From Pavona decussata (taxonomy: Eukaryota): 64,000 nucleotides of DNA. Under the pieces are notes generated by a model that had not been told where the DNA came from, made no database searches, and saw nothing but the letters and a program-made list of their open reading frames with translations. The stretch spans positions 62,001 to 126,000 of the forward strand of contig CDRNST010000090.1 in NCBI GenBank assembly GCA_977016875.1, read 5' to 3'. A program made the translations under genes and the position numbers. Shown piece after piece: positions 1-12,516 of this stretch (its first letter is position 1; every line of letters begins with the position of its first letter).

Positions 1-1164
1 TTTTTCAATGTCTAAATTATACTTTAGCTGCTGAGCGTATTCTCTGATTGATGGGGAGATGTTCCTAAATTTGCAGCAATAAATATAATACCTTGCGAGG
101 AGGAAACAGTGAGTTACTAAAATATTATTTTTCTCTCCTCTAAAACCTAAACATTCATAGATATCCAAAACATGTGAGGCTGGGACTGAAGTCAAGTAGT
201 AGAACCCAACAACAGTTTACATGATTTCCTATCAAAGTAATGACAAATGCTGCAACTTGTAAATGGAAAAAACTATAGACAAGAGAAACAACTCAACACA
301 TCGCCCAGAATGTTTTGTGTCTCATGACATATAATTTCAGTGCCCAGTTTTCCAATGTGCGGCATTATAATAATTATTTGTATATCTAGAACTGGCAGTC
401 TGTGATTGGCGAGCAGAGATAGCTTTGGGAATTAACGAGTCTGTTTGGAGATTCTGACTGCTGTCAATCAAGCAGTTGAATGTGCGAAGCAAATCTCAAA
501 TGATTTTAATCAAGCGGTTGAATGCTCGGAGTAAATCCCGATGTGCCAAAAAGTTAACAATACCGTTCTAATTAATGGATGACCGCTCGCTTTACAAAGC
601 GTTTTGTCGCTAAATGCTTGTGTAGCGATAATTTTACTAGCGTTAATAGACTGATAGATGGTCGAAATGTTATCTGATAGTTTTGTGTGGATTTTTACTC
701 AAATAGAGATCAAGAGCTAACCTGCATTCAGGCGAATTTTCCGCACTCTCATTTACCCTTCCCCTTTTTGTAGTTTCTTCGTTCTACTATACAGATAATA
801 AGGAAGGAGAAAAATGGTCTGAGTGCTGGTTCATAGGAAGCATGATGCGCGTGGGACATCAGCCAGGGTTTTACGCATCATTACCGAGTGATGCTTGCAA
901 TCATGGCTGTTTGAATGTCTAAATGTAGGCATTAAAAACTTACTCGTTGTTTCCTTTGACGGTTTCTCAAAAAGTTTGTGCAAGTGGGCATATACTTGAG
1001 ATTTGTTCTCAGAGCCAAATATTTCCTTTACATCCACCACAATGGAACATTGTCTTTCCATTACTAAAACACCTAGAGACAAATTGAATGTTATAAGCAC
1101 TTAAGACAATATATTTTATTGAACAGATTTACTCTTTATATAAAGTGACATAGAAATAATTATT

Positions 1165-1370
1165 GTGTTGTTCCAGGAAATATCCGTAACCCCTCCACAG
1201 AAGGTTTTTTCATTTTACCCCCTCCCCCCCTACCCCTGACCCCTCCGGAAATTCCAGTTTAGCTTCATACTTTCCTTTAAAAGTTTTGGCTTTTGAGACC
1301 CCCCTCCCCCTCGGAATTTCCAGTGACCTTCCATGAGGTGGGTATGGATATATTTTTTTTGTTACTGTAC
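1165..1370. repeat. Short non-autonomous element (MITE-like) in a KDZ intron
   Basis: tgtgttgttccaggaaatatcc... at the left is imperfectly inverted with ...gggtatggatatatttttt at the right; C-rich internal tracts. Confidence 0.55.
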
Positions 1371-2785
1371 ATTGTAACTTAAAAGTCTTTATCCCTGAAA
1401 ATTGTGGAAAGCACAAGACATGTCAACATAGTTTTCACTGATCTTTACAATGTGATATTGATGATGAATTGTACCTAGCGTTGTTTGTTTTAAAATTAAA
1501 ACTCATTTCATATTTGGTTACCTGCAGTTCTATAATTTTTACACTTGTGTCTTCCCTTTTCTGTTCCACATATTAATTTTCTTTTGGTTGCATCATCAGC
1601 TTTTATGATGTTGTCTTCCAACTTCTCCACACCAAAACCAGAGCTAAATAACATGATTGTAATAATTAATTATGAAATAAATTTTATTATAAACATAGGA
1701 GTCTAGAGCAATTTTCATTTAGGTATAGCATTTTCAAAAGTATGGTAAAAAACAAATCTAATTAATGACTTAATAAGTGCTGACATGCGAGTGAAAACTG
1801 CTGAATACTCTCAATAAAGCAGGAGAAGTAGTATTTTGACTCCATAATAATTATTGTCATGCATAATTTTGGCTCAAGATTATTTGCCTGATCAGTGTGC
1901 AATGCGAAACTGAAACTTTAATTTGCTTTGATTGTCAGTAGTGACCCGTGATCTTGTTGTGAAAAATTTATCAATTTTCAACGGGGATTCTGGAATATTC
2001 TGCAACTCTGTGGATAGAAGAATTAATTCACCCGCATAGTGGAATATATTCAAAACTGGTAAGGTGCCATTGCAGAAAATTTAGCCATACATGAACAAGC
2101 CAGAAGAAATTGTTGTGTTACAGGTAAGGGTTAACATTTACAAAGTATAAAAAATAATAATAAAACGAATGAATAGTAGAAAAAATAATTTGGCAAAAAT
2201 GTTTAACTGATATCTTCAGTTATTCTTCAAAGATAATTTGCTAATATTACATGTGCATGGAAAAAATGCTTGAACGAATTAAATGTCTTTTCACACATGG
2301 AATTTAAAGTACCTCTTAACAAAGTGTTTTGCATTGACATCCATGGTCACATCACCCTCTTTGTGTAACTTCAGTTCCTAACGTTCTTGGCCAAATTCAT
2401 TCACATCAACAGGGATATGTTGGAAACTGTTTCCTATTTTCCTGACCTCCAATAATTTTCTGGGCATACTACATTCTTTTAACCAGCTTTTTCTTCCATC
2501 TGACCAGAGCACCTAAAAAATCAATGATTTTAAGTGTTCAGATGATTCATCAGTATTGTATTACACATCCTTTACTGCACATACATGTAATGTCCTGCAT
2601 CATTACCATGTGCTTACAGTGCATACATTGACAATATAATGGGTTCAATACAAGGAAATTTTTAAGTGTCCCCGATAAGGAGGCTACTTGTAGCAAGCTA
2701 GAAGATGCGACACTTTAATAAAGTTGTTCATCAATTGTTCATCAAATACTTGTGAGGGAATATTGGTTATTTTCTCCTAAACATG

Positions 2786-3095
2786 GAGGCACACTGGTCT
2801 AGTGGTTTGCGCATTAGACATTCGATCTGAAGGTCAGTGATTCAAGTCCTAGGCTCTGCCGTACCGTTATTTCCTTTGACAAGAAACTTTACTCCACATT
2901 GTCTCCCATCATTCAAGTGTATAAATGGGTACTGGATCGTAATGCTGGGGGAGTAACCTTGCGATGGACTTGCATCCCATTCAGGGGGAGAAGCAGTATT
3001 CCTATGTCGCTTCATGCTATGGAAACCGGCATACAAGTGCCAGCCTGATGGGAGACTTGGCTCGTAAATGGACTTTACCCTTTACCTACCTTCAC
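2786..3095 (+). mobile_element. tRNA-derived SINE
   Basis: A-box-like tggtctagtgg and B-box-like gattcaagtcc head, a central body (ccttgcgatggacttgcatcccattcaggggg) and a (TTTACC)-type tail. Confidence 0.7.
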
Positions 3096-3959
3096 CCTAA
3101 ATGAGCACAGTGACCCCCCTTTTTAATGTATAAATATAAATGACATGTAGTTGACTATGATATATTGTGATTTATGCAAAGATTAAAAATTCTGCTTTGA
3201 GATGTTTTAATTTGAATTAAATATGACTAGCTTTTTACCATTTTTACCATGGATTTTTGTTTCACAGAGTAGCACATGCACATTGCACAGTAATTATAAT
3301 TCATTACATTTACCTCAAATAAACTTCCTTGACGACTTGATTTCTCATTCTAAATGCTCACTGTCAGTAGTCCACTTGCTTTATCACCAGACTGCTTTGA
3401 ACCTTACTGATCACCATCAACACCCTCATCAGCAAACTCCCTTGCAACATTTTTGTGAAGGTCAATAGCGGGACTCTTTTGCTGGAGTATCCTGGCACCC
3501 TAAAAAAAGTTTGTGCGGATCATGCTTTCACATTGTTTATTTGGTTCTACATGTTCATGTACCACATATATGCATCTTGGCTAGATTTCTTGTTGCATGT
3601 GTCAATGGTACATATTTTCAAAACATAATTACTATCATTGTCCATCTGAGTTCATAAATTTGACTTTTGTAGGTTATTTACTTTAAAATTGTTCAAAAAA
3701 CAATTATTATGCAATATTAAAATACGCTGAAAACTACTGAAGAGAGAACACACAAACCAGAGTATCCTTTCTAAGGTGTTGTGAAGATACAGTTGGAAAA
3801 TCAAAATCTAAGTATATTATGTGTGATGTGTCATTTGTAAAAAAAAAACTGGTTATTTGGCAAGAATCAAAATTAATATTAATAATAGCTCTTGTATTGG
3901 TATAAAATTTATGACAACGGAATTTGAACTTGGAAACTATAATTTTCAGTTCCCACCTT

Positions 3960-4655
3960 GGATGCATGACGTCTGTGTACTTGAATGAATTTTATTTATT
4001 GATGCAACAACATGTAGCCTGGATTCCACATCACTGAGACGTTTTCGAATAGAACAGTTTTTGGGGGAAAAATGTGTTTTCTTTTTCTCTGAAGGGCTTG
4101 GTAAGGGCGATTTCATTGCGTTGTTTTTCAAGTATTGCAGAGTACAGCAGTTTGTGGGAAAGCGATGATTTGTGAAGAGCAGAATCGTCTAGAAGGTGTT
4201 GTTGTTCAGAAAAATCACGCCGTAGTAAAGTAGTTGGAAGAACAGAGTTTGTTGAATTAGTGGCAGGTCAGTCGCAGATGGGGAGGGTCAGAGATGGCGA
4301 GAAAGGAAAAAATGTCTACAAGCAGGTGTTCAGGTAGCGAGCATAGCGGCAAATATGGTTCCGATGGGGTTAGTTGAATTTCATTTTGGCCCGATGATTG
4401 GAAAGATTCACTCCAGCTTTCTCTGGCCTGGAACCGCTTTGTTTTGTGCTTCTGGCTTCTAGAGTTGGCTTTCTTAAAATAGCTGTTACATTTTCCGCCG
4501 GTGTTTTTCCATTGTGTTAAATCTGTCCGACAAGAAGCACACACACTTGACCCATCCACTCCTGTGATATCGAAACACTCTTTGACATTTTTTTGCGAGA
4601 CCAGAAACCAACAAGAAGATGACTTCGTATTACATACAACACAAGGAGAAGCCAT
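3960..4655 (-). pseudogene. Zinc-finger + F-box protein, intronless, disrupted after the F-box
   Basis: ORF 4655-4257 has an N-terminal CVVC...CASC pair and the F-box motif LCSLPEHLLVDIFSFLAISD..HLRLTCH. Coding-like sequence (FNKLCSSNY, LLRRDF...) continues after a stop and frameshift. Confidence 0.65.
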
Positions 4656-5458
4656 TCACTTCCATAGCCACTCACACGACGCAAAGGAGAAAAAAACATT
4701 TGCGATTTTTTTTTTGCAGCAAAGACTGGAAACTAATTGATGCGCGTGCATCCATTGTTTTAATATTGCCCTCTGAAATAGAAAATTGATCATTGTCATT
4801 AAGTTGCCCGCCTGAAACGCTCGTGTAGCGTGCCCAAAGACTTCACAAGTTGGAAATTTCACCACATCCGCCTGATTATAGGTAACACACTTCAAAATTT
4901 TCTTTCGGTTAAACACTCATCTTCAGGAGAATTGAAGCTATTGCTATTGTAACACTGTGGCAAGTCCATGGCAGTGACTTTGAATGTTCCTGAACAGAGT
5001 ACTAAATGATAACCAAATTACTCTGTTGCCCACACACCATTTGCATAGTAAGAAATGCCTATCAAGAACAATTTAACCAAATTGTTATTCTCCCCACTTA
5101 AACTTAAATGAAAATGGCAAAACGAGCAATATATTCCCCCCCCCCCTTAATATCATGACAAAATGTTTTTATGGAAACATCACCGACTTGCCAAGAAAAA
5201 CAACGTGCGGACAATTGTACTAATTGACCCTCAATCGAACAATCATGGACAAAAGTGTTGAGACAATTTACCAAAACTAGCTTGTCGAACTAACAATGGT
5301 ATCTTGTATTTGAATTAAAACAACTTTTTCATCCGTAGTCATCCCCTCCCTTCCAAACAATGTTGCAAAACGCTTCCTGGATGTTTATTTGTTTCGAACA
5401 TTGAAAAAAAAGGGGGGGGGGGGGGTGGTGTTTGCTAAAAGGCATCCCGCACCCTGCA

Positions 5459-7314
5459 GCCCACTTCCCAGTTCACGGCCCGTGGCCCACCTCACCTCAG
5501 TAAGTTTTAAGAGACTGGAAAGTCTTACCTAATGAAATTATCTCATGAATTTGGTGTTAAGTAGTTTTTACAAGTTGTATCTTGCCAAAATGGGTTTACG
5601 TTCTAGGCAGTTTGACTTTTTGGGGTCTGGCTTTAACCTTCAGTGGGGACTTGTAATGTGACCTCATCTGCCGAAGCAAAAGCTGATATTCGCAAGACCT
5701 TTTTAAAACTTGTGTACTCAATAAACCAAAATAATGCTATTTAATGAGTTACACATGCTCTTAGAATTGTTGTTTTCAAATGATGCCTTGAAGGTTAACA
5801 ACTCACCAGGTAATACATCTAGCTCCCATCTGTTGGACAGCTGCACAGCCACTTTTCGAAAAAAAAATTGCGTAGCTTGTTCCTTTAACACCGGTGGTAA
5901 TGCTCGGTTCAGGGAATAGAGAAAGCGCTCTGATGAAATTAAGCATTGACCCATTCTTAACTCCTCGAGAGCTGATACAAATTCCTTGTCATCTTCCGAT
6001 TGAAGCATTAACTTGGTCAAGCCAAAACGATGAGGTATGCTGAAGTCAAACAAGGGAGAGTGGATTATGAAGTATCCTTCATCAAAGAGGTTTGGAACCA
6101 GTTGCAATTGCAAGAATTCACCTACGAGAATTACTTGTTTGCCGGCGATAGGTAGGCTTTTACAGAGTTCACTGGTTGCACGTTCATGATGGAGAAAGTT
6201 TACAAGTTCAAACATTCTTCTGCTCGACATACTGGCTTCATCCCAAACAATGACATCAAGAGCCCTTACTCTGTCCCGAATTAGTGAATTTCCAGCCGAC
6301 CTGTCTATGAGTTGACGCCAAGGTAGCCCTGCAGTTTAAAGACCATAAAAGGAATGAACAGTTGAGGCTAAGGGAAAAATCATAGACTTGGCAGGCAATG
6401 CCGCTTACACAAATCACACCTACTGTTTTACCAGGTTCCTTGAAAAATCAAATGATCTGTTTCACTACTTTGCTTTTTCCCACTGCGGCTTGACCAGTAA
6501 TGAACAAGTTGTGACCTTCCGCGGCAAACTCCAAAATTTCTTGCTGGTCGATATTAAGTTTTATCCTGAAGCAAAAGAAATAACGTTCGACGTAGCTCAT
6601 ATCTTGTGGGTTTCAACGCAAAGTGTGAAATATCTTGTCACTAATAAGAAGAAATTAGAAAGTGAATTCCTACATGGCCGAGCTTCTTGTTATGTTGGGA
6701 TTGACATTGTCGATCTAGCGGACGCGATCAAACTTCACTTTGTTGCAAAATGAAACTTCTTGACCTTTGAAATGTAATCAGAACCATACATGTGACATGT
6801 CAATAGACTGTAAACTGGATGGTGGCATTTTAATCTTATTTGATCAACATTTACCTGTCACTGTTGACACAACCTCAATTAAAAGTTATCGGCAAATTTA
6901 ATTAATCACGGAATTTGGCTACTTCCAGTTCAGACCCACTTGCGTCTTGTCATGTTATCGGGGTCAAAGTCCTTAAGCAATTTTGAGTTTTGTCTATTCC
7001 TCAAAATGTGTGGATGACATTCTGATGTGCAATATGCAGCCATGGTGAATAAAGCATTCATGAATGGAACTGTTGGGCTAAGACAGGAAGCTAAAACGAA
7101 AACTGACTAGTTCGGATGAACTTGACAATTACCAAAACAGCCGTGGTACAAGACAAAGTGTAACTCAACTTAAATCAATTTAAATCACCTAAGCATGCGC
7201 TTCAGTATACCGCTGACAAAAAATATGGACTGGACAACAAGCCATAGGGCCGTGAACTGGGAAGTGGGCCGCCGGGCCGTGGGCTTTGAGGTGGGCCATG
7301 GGCCCACCTCAAAG
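5459..7314. repeat. 23-bp perfect inverted repeat (5459-5481 / 7247-7269) plus a 14-bp-stem hairpin (7284-7314)
   Basis: gcccacttcccagttcacggccc is the reverse complement of gggccgtgaactgggaagtgggc. The hairpin is ctttgaggtgggcc-atg-ggcccacctcaaag. Confidence 0.9.
5718..6600 (-). pseudogene. PIF1-family (SF1B) DNA helicase fragment
   Basis: Walker A GHNLFITGQAAVGKS (about 6516-6472), VHSFYGL, Walker B VIVWDEASMSS, GKQVILVGEFLQLQ and LEELRMG. Stops and frameshifts; truncated at the C-terminus. Confidence 0.85.
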
Positions 7315-7484
7315 TAACATAAGCACATAAAGTAACACGTATTTGTCATAGTCTTTTATACATTTGGTCTCTCCTAAAGGAGCCGGGGTTTTTTCTTCTG
7401 TAGTGCAGGGTTTTTGTACTTTTTGATTTTTTTGGATGTTTTTCTTGTTTTCTTTATGCATACTACAGACTACAGGTGCTGGCT

Positions 7485-7898
7485 TTACTGTTTCAGTAGC
7501 CTGTTTAGGAACAACAGTTTCCTGTGATCAAGGTCGTAGTAGAACCACGTGCTTGCTTTTCCGTCTGTATTGTTCAAGACAAAGTCTGTTTGTCTATCCC
7601 TCTTCTCTGCTTTTTCTGGCGCCCAAGTTTGTGAGAGTAGAATCGACCTTGAGATCAAGATTGGGCATGGACAGCCATTCCCCAGCATCAACTTCAATGT
7701 GTCCCAATCTGTGATAGGCTTCCGCCAAAAAGCCATTGGTAGGTCTTCTGGCCAGCTTTTTAGAGGAAAGAAAACGTCTTCCTTCACGGTTTTGAAAAGG
7801 TCTGCTCTCTCTCCTCGGATACTTCCCTTCTGGAAAGGTGTCTGATTGCTCGTGGTATCAACGTAGTGTAGACATGGCTCTACAGGGACAGACTTCAT
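7485..7898 (-). pseudogene. Uncharacterised protein fragment, probably mobile-element derived
   Basis: 137-aa ORF with protein-like, W/F-rich composition (FFPLKSWP...FWRKP...LGNGCP...WFYYDLD). No family assigned with confidence. Confidence 0.4.
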
Positions 7899-7948
7899 TC
7901 ACTTCGTTAAAATATGCGTGGCTGCGTTTGAGAACTGGTAATTTCATC

Positions 7949-9504
7949 ATGGCGGCCAGAGTGAATCGTACGAGCATTATCCGAGAAAGAAATGAGCAAG
8001 GTTTTCGTAATTTTCTTCAAAATTTGAAGGCAGTCCTTAGTCTTTTTTTGACCCCTGATAACGAGCAGGTAACAACTGACGCTTTAAGAGACGCAAAACG
8101 CTATCTTCTAGATGCTGAAGGGATTTTATCTTTGCTATTGAACGACTTAACAAGAGGTGACCCAAACCCAACAAGGCCACCTACAAATGCTATCAAGGTA
8201 CCACTGCAGGATTTAAAGGAATCTGTGTGTCAGCTTCAGCTTATTTTGTCACTTGAGATGGAAAGGAGAGAGCAGGAGTCAGCTTTGTACGTGGATGCGG
8301 CTTACTCTGCAGGTGTGATTTCAACACAGTTTGGACCTGGGCGAAGACGTTATGACATTTCCAAGGATCAGCCAGAACACTTGCGCTCACTCTTGTTTTC
8401 GTGGCAAAAAATAGCATATATGCTCCAGGTGAGCGTTTCTACTATTAAAAGAAGGCGCAATGAGTTTGGACTTGATGACAAGTTTGAGAGTGATTCGGAT
8501 ATAACAGATGATGAGTTGGATGAGATTTATTTAAGTATAACAGGTAACTCAATTGAAGGCCCACTGACCCCCAATATCGGAAGAAGGCGCTTTATTGGTG
8601 CATTGAGAAGTCGGGTTTTACGTATTCAAAGATGGAGAGTCAGCGATTGTTTACATCGTGTTGACCCTGTTGGCACTGCTTTGCGGTGGCAGATGACAAT
8701 CCATCACAGGAAATATTTTGTTCCAACACCTAACAGTCTTTGGCATATTGACTCTGGGCACAAACTGATACGATACAAACTGATAACTCATGTCTGTATT
8801 GATGGTAAAACAAGATTGTTAATATATGCTTCCTGCTGTAACAACAGCAAAGCTGATACAGTCCTATCTTTGTTCCAGAAAGGAGTGGAACAGTGGGGAC
8901 TACCATCGCATGTTCGAAGTGACTATGGCATGGAAACTTTTCTGTCGGCCAATACATGATAGACCAACGTGGAGAAGGCAGAGGAAGCATCACAACTGGA
9001 TCCTCAGTACATAACTCTAGAGTTGAGAGAGCCCATCGGGATATTTACTCTGGTGTACTTGCTCTTTATGTGCGCATTTTTGAAGCGATAGAAGATGAGA
9101 ACATTCTTGACATATTGGATGATGTTCATTTGTATAGTCTTCACCATGTCTTTATTCCCAGGGTCAATAGATCTTTGGATGAGTTCATTCAACAAATGAA
9201 CAATCACCCAGTTTCGAGTGAAAACAACCTGTCACCCTTGCAAATGTGGGTAAAAGGGATGTTGGAGAACATGCATTCTGGGAACAGAGCACTGTCACCA
9301 GCAAAAATTGAACAGTTTGGAGTCGATCCAGAGGGTTTAGTTTCTGTGGAAGACAAAGATTATCAGGTTAATGTTTCTCCTCTATCAGTAGAGGTTTCTG
9401 GTGAACACTTAACCCAAATGCCAGATCCAATACAGAATGATGGGAATAGTGGTATTACAATCTTAAAACAGTGCGTGGAGTTAATTAATTCTCCTTTAAC
9501 TTAA
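7949..9504 (+). pseudogene. Integrase-core (IS3/IS481-like, IS3EU-type) DDE transposase, intronless, one frameshift
   Basis: HTH (SWQKIAYMLQVSVSTIKRRR), LWHIDSGHKL (D), VRSDYGME[N] (D) and SVHNSRVER (E). A 1-bp deletion near 8933-8935 joins ORFs 7838-8959 and 8956-9504. ATGGCG start at 7949. Confidence 0.9.
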
Positions 9505-10336
9505 ACCTTAACTATTACTAGAAAACAACCTCGCGAAATTAGGAGACAATGACATTCCGGAATAGAGGAAAAAAAGAAGTGAGGCATGCAATGTAAGAAT
9601 ATTTCACTACCTCATTCTACCTTTGAGAGGTTTATTTTGCCAGAGTTTACTTTGGTCAATAGATACAGTCTACAATTAAAAGAGAGATTTTGTTGCGTTA
9701 TTTTTTTCTATTCGAGCCTTAGATTCCTGTGGTCAAAGTCACTTCTAAGTGTCTTTTGTTTTTATCTCTCATTACAGTGTAGTATATTTCTTTCAGTAAA
9801 ATATCAGTTTCATAACTATGGCAGTGGATTAGAGCACAGTTTTCAAACTAAGTTTGAAACTGTGCAAAACAAACAAGTTTGCACCCCCCCCCCCCCAAAA
9901 AAAAAAAAAAAAAAGAAAAAAAGAAATAAATAAAGCACTCTCTAGGTTTGTCAGAAAACAAATTGCACACCTTCCAATATCTGGATATTCTGATGATTTA
10001 CAGTTTACAGTGTTTGTTGTAATTATCAGGTGCCATATCAGCGGTATCATCACCTTAATTCCTGACTCCTTACTTACTTTCATTACTCTTGGGTTCCTGA
10101 CCCACCACATCGACTGGACACAATTAACTTTCCTCTAAACTTTCTTTATTGCACACTTTGCAAGAAAGGACATATCAAAAACATGCGTATCAAAACTGGA
10201 ACATGCTTACTTCTAAGCTGTTAACAGGAACTAATTATGATACGTAGAAACATCCTGAACCTATTGGAATGTCTGAAGATACTATAGAGTGTCCTCAACC
10301 TTTTAAATCCTAATATTAAAGAGAATATCCCTCATA

Positions 10337-11663
10337 CTGTTCTCTCTCTGCATGACCGTCTGCCACTAGCAACCTCTCTTACATATCTTACAAAAAACTG
10401 ATAGACTTCTTTCTCATGCTTGAGGGAATTGCTTCCCTCCTAGGAAACCTTTGGCTTTAGTATTTGCAAAAGCCTTGGGACATTGATTTTGTGTTGAGAG
10501 TCTGGTCTCAACAAATCAATAAGCATGGAGAGTTGACGATGGGCGGATAAAATACCTAGCATCTCCAGTCCAGCTTGCATTTCGCTAACACAAGGATTAC
10601 TAATTTTGTTAGGGGACAGGACTTCCTGTAAAATGCTATCATCAATAAATGCAGGCATTTGGCCATTCTGCAACATTGCTACTCCAACCATAATGCCATG
10701 AAGGCATTTGGCCATTCTGCAACATTGTAATGCCAACATAATAATAATCTTTCCACAGATACTGTCTTAATCCATTATTAAAATACTTGCCCTTTATCGG
10801 TCTGTTCATAAGTCTAATCCAGTCCTTGCATGGACCCCCTGGTCAACTGATTCTTCTCACATAAAATCTACTTTAAAAGTCAATCTGTAGTTGTCAATAA
10901 ACTCTAGTTCACTGAAGGTCGTTTCAAGAACCCTGTCCCTATCCACAGTGATGAAGTTTGTTGCCCCTTCACATGTTTCTTTACAAGAGGTTAGTTCAAG
11001 TGGTCTTCCTGTGACAATCTTTTCTTGAAGAAACCATATTACCTCTACAGGATCATGAAGGTTTTGGCTATTTGCTGCGTCAATTATTGAGCTGATGTCA
11101 AATGGACATTGAATTAAATGTTCTTCATGATCAGAAGCTGATGCTGCCAATGGGCTGACACTTGCTGCTGTTGTGCTGGCATCCCCTACATCTGTTTGGC
11201 CCACTGTTGTGCTTGCTGCGACTGTGTTGGTAGTTGATGTTGATGTTGTGCTAGCACTTGTGTTTCTTCCTCCAGTTGTACTTATGTTTTCTGTATAGTC
11301 AAAAACTGAGTGTGAAAGCATATCATGCTCAATGATAACCACATCTTTTGTCACAGTTGGTGATTCAGTTGGTCGCCCAGGAGCACGCCGATTATACGGT
11401 GCAGCTCAAGCAGAAGGTGCAGATGTTGAGCGACTGTAGCAAGGCGATCCACGTGTTGTGTTTCTACCTCTAGAATTCACACTTGGAAATCGCCGCTGAA
11501 CTTCTTGGAGAGCGTTTGTAGAGGACAAACTTCATGAACTAGTTGAGGAATCTGACGGAAGGCTTGATCTCCCCACTACGTTTGTAAGTCGAGTAATATT
11601 TTCAACAATTGGGATAATTTCTTCCTTTTAAGAATCGCTCCAACCCGTAGAACTAGCCGTCAT
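10337..11663 (-). pseudogene. Intronless HECT-domain E3 ligase-like gene, truncated before the catalytic C-lobe
   Basis: FITVDRDRVLETTFSELE..LTFKVDFM*EESVDQGGP..W (HECT N-lobe start), GIMVGVAMLQNGQMP, QAGLEMLG and EKEVYQFFVRYVREVASG. Several stops and a local duplication at about 10654-10740. Confidence 0.75.
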
Positions 11664-11749
11664 GTTGAAAACACCTCGTGGCTGTTACAGTCCACAAAGA
11701 CTAATGATATTGGTTAACAGCGCGCAAAGGTATATGGGATTTGCTTATA

Positions 11750-11991
11750 AATTCATGCTTAGGAAAAATTAATTCTTGCTCTCAAAGAAATAAATCAAAG
11801 ACAGACAAAAATAATTCAAACAGGCATAAATAATGATAGGGCACATAAAATTAATTAACACATATAAATAATCCTAGGGGCACGTATCATTATTTATGAA
11901 ACACCATAGATATAATTGTAAGCAGAGTTTTATTATTTCTGCAATGGGAAAAATATATGAGGATAATTTTTGACCAGAACGGGCCCTCATA
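11750..11991 (-). repeat. Probable right terminal repeat of an IS3EU-type element (...gggccctCATA)
   Basis: AT-rich subrepeats upstream of the HECT-like start end in CATA, the same terminal tetramer as the complete element at 35811. No matching left TIR was found. Confidence 0.5.
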
Positions 11992-12135
11992 GCATACAGT
12001 CATATGATTCTATAACATTGCATACACTTGTATGAACCTATAACTTTGCAGAACAGCCATATGAATATCTAGCATTGCATAACAGACATGAATCTCTAAC
12101 GTCCCATAACAACCACATGAATCTCTAGCTTACAG
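11992..12135. repeat. Degenerate tandem repeat, about 27-30 bp unit (catatgaatctctagcattgcataacagc-like)
   Basis: About five imperfect copies visible directly. Confidence 0.7.
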
Positions 12136-12516
12136 GGCCAGCCATACAGTTTTTTCCTGCCCCACTCACACTAAAATTAATGTAAAGCTTACAGCCCTTG
12201 ATATGGGCATTTCATCAGTACTTTTCACATAAAAAGCAAGTACTGGTTGTAATGGTCATGATAAATTATGTAACTATTTATTTTAAATAAATTCATTTAT
12301 GAGTATTTTAAGACCTGTCATTATTTCTTTTTAAAAATAATAATATATCTAAAATTGAATTATTTATCAAGATATTTATTTATAATTTTTTGTGTATAAC
12401 AATATGACATTAAAAAGAAATAAAAATCAGCAACTATTTCCTAATATTGCTATGTTGTCAAGATTTGTCAGCATCATGTACGTCCCAAAATTCACATAAT
12501 TCATGGATCTGCCCCT

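Larger units (their letters stand above)
945..3500 (-). pseudogene. Degraded multi-exon KDZ (Kyakuja-Dileera-Zisupton)-type transposase fragment
   Basis: Minus-strand exons with AG/GT borders: about 3500-3313 (GCQDTPAKESRY..DLHK), 2513-2313 (VLWSDGRKSWLKE), 1645-1522 (LICGTEK...RTAG) and 1072-945 (GVLVMERQCSIVVDVKEIFGSENKSQVYAHLH). The RTAG-VL..ER.C.I...E..GSE.KSQVY string is typical of KDZ cores. Stops and frameshifts are present. Confidence 0.7.

Noticed and set aside
7838-7948. N-terminal extension of the first transposase from the GTG at 7838
   Set aside because: It overlaps an unrelated minus-strand ORF; ATGGCG at 7949 matches the start context of the sister transposase.
8930-8960. Programmed -1 frameshift as in bacterial IS3
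   Set aside because: The shift falls inside the catalytic RSDxGxEN motif, there is no clear slippery heptamer, and the sister transposase is continuous; a simple 1-bp deletion is more likely.
9829-10110. RING-like motif (CAICF) ORF between the transposase and the HECT fragment
   Set aside because: Only one CxxC is present and the ORF runs into homopolymer tracts; insufficient evidence.
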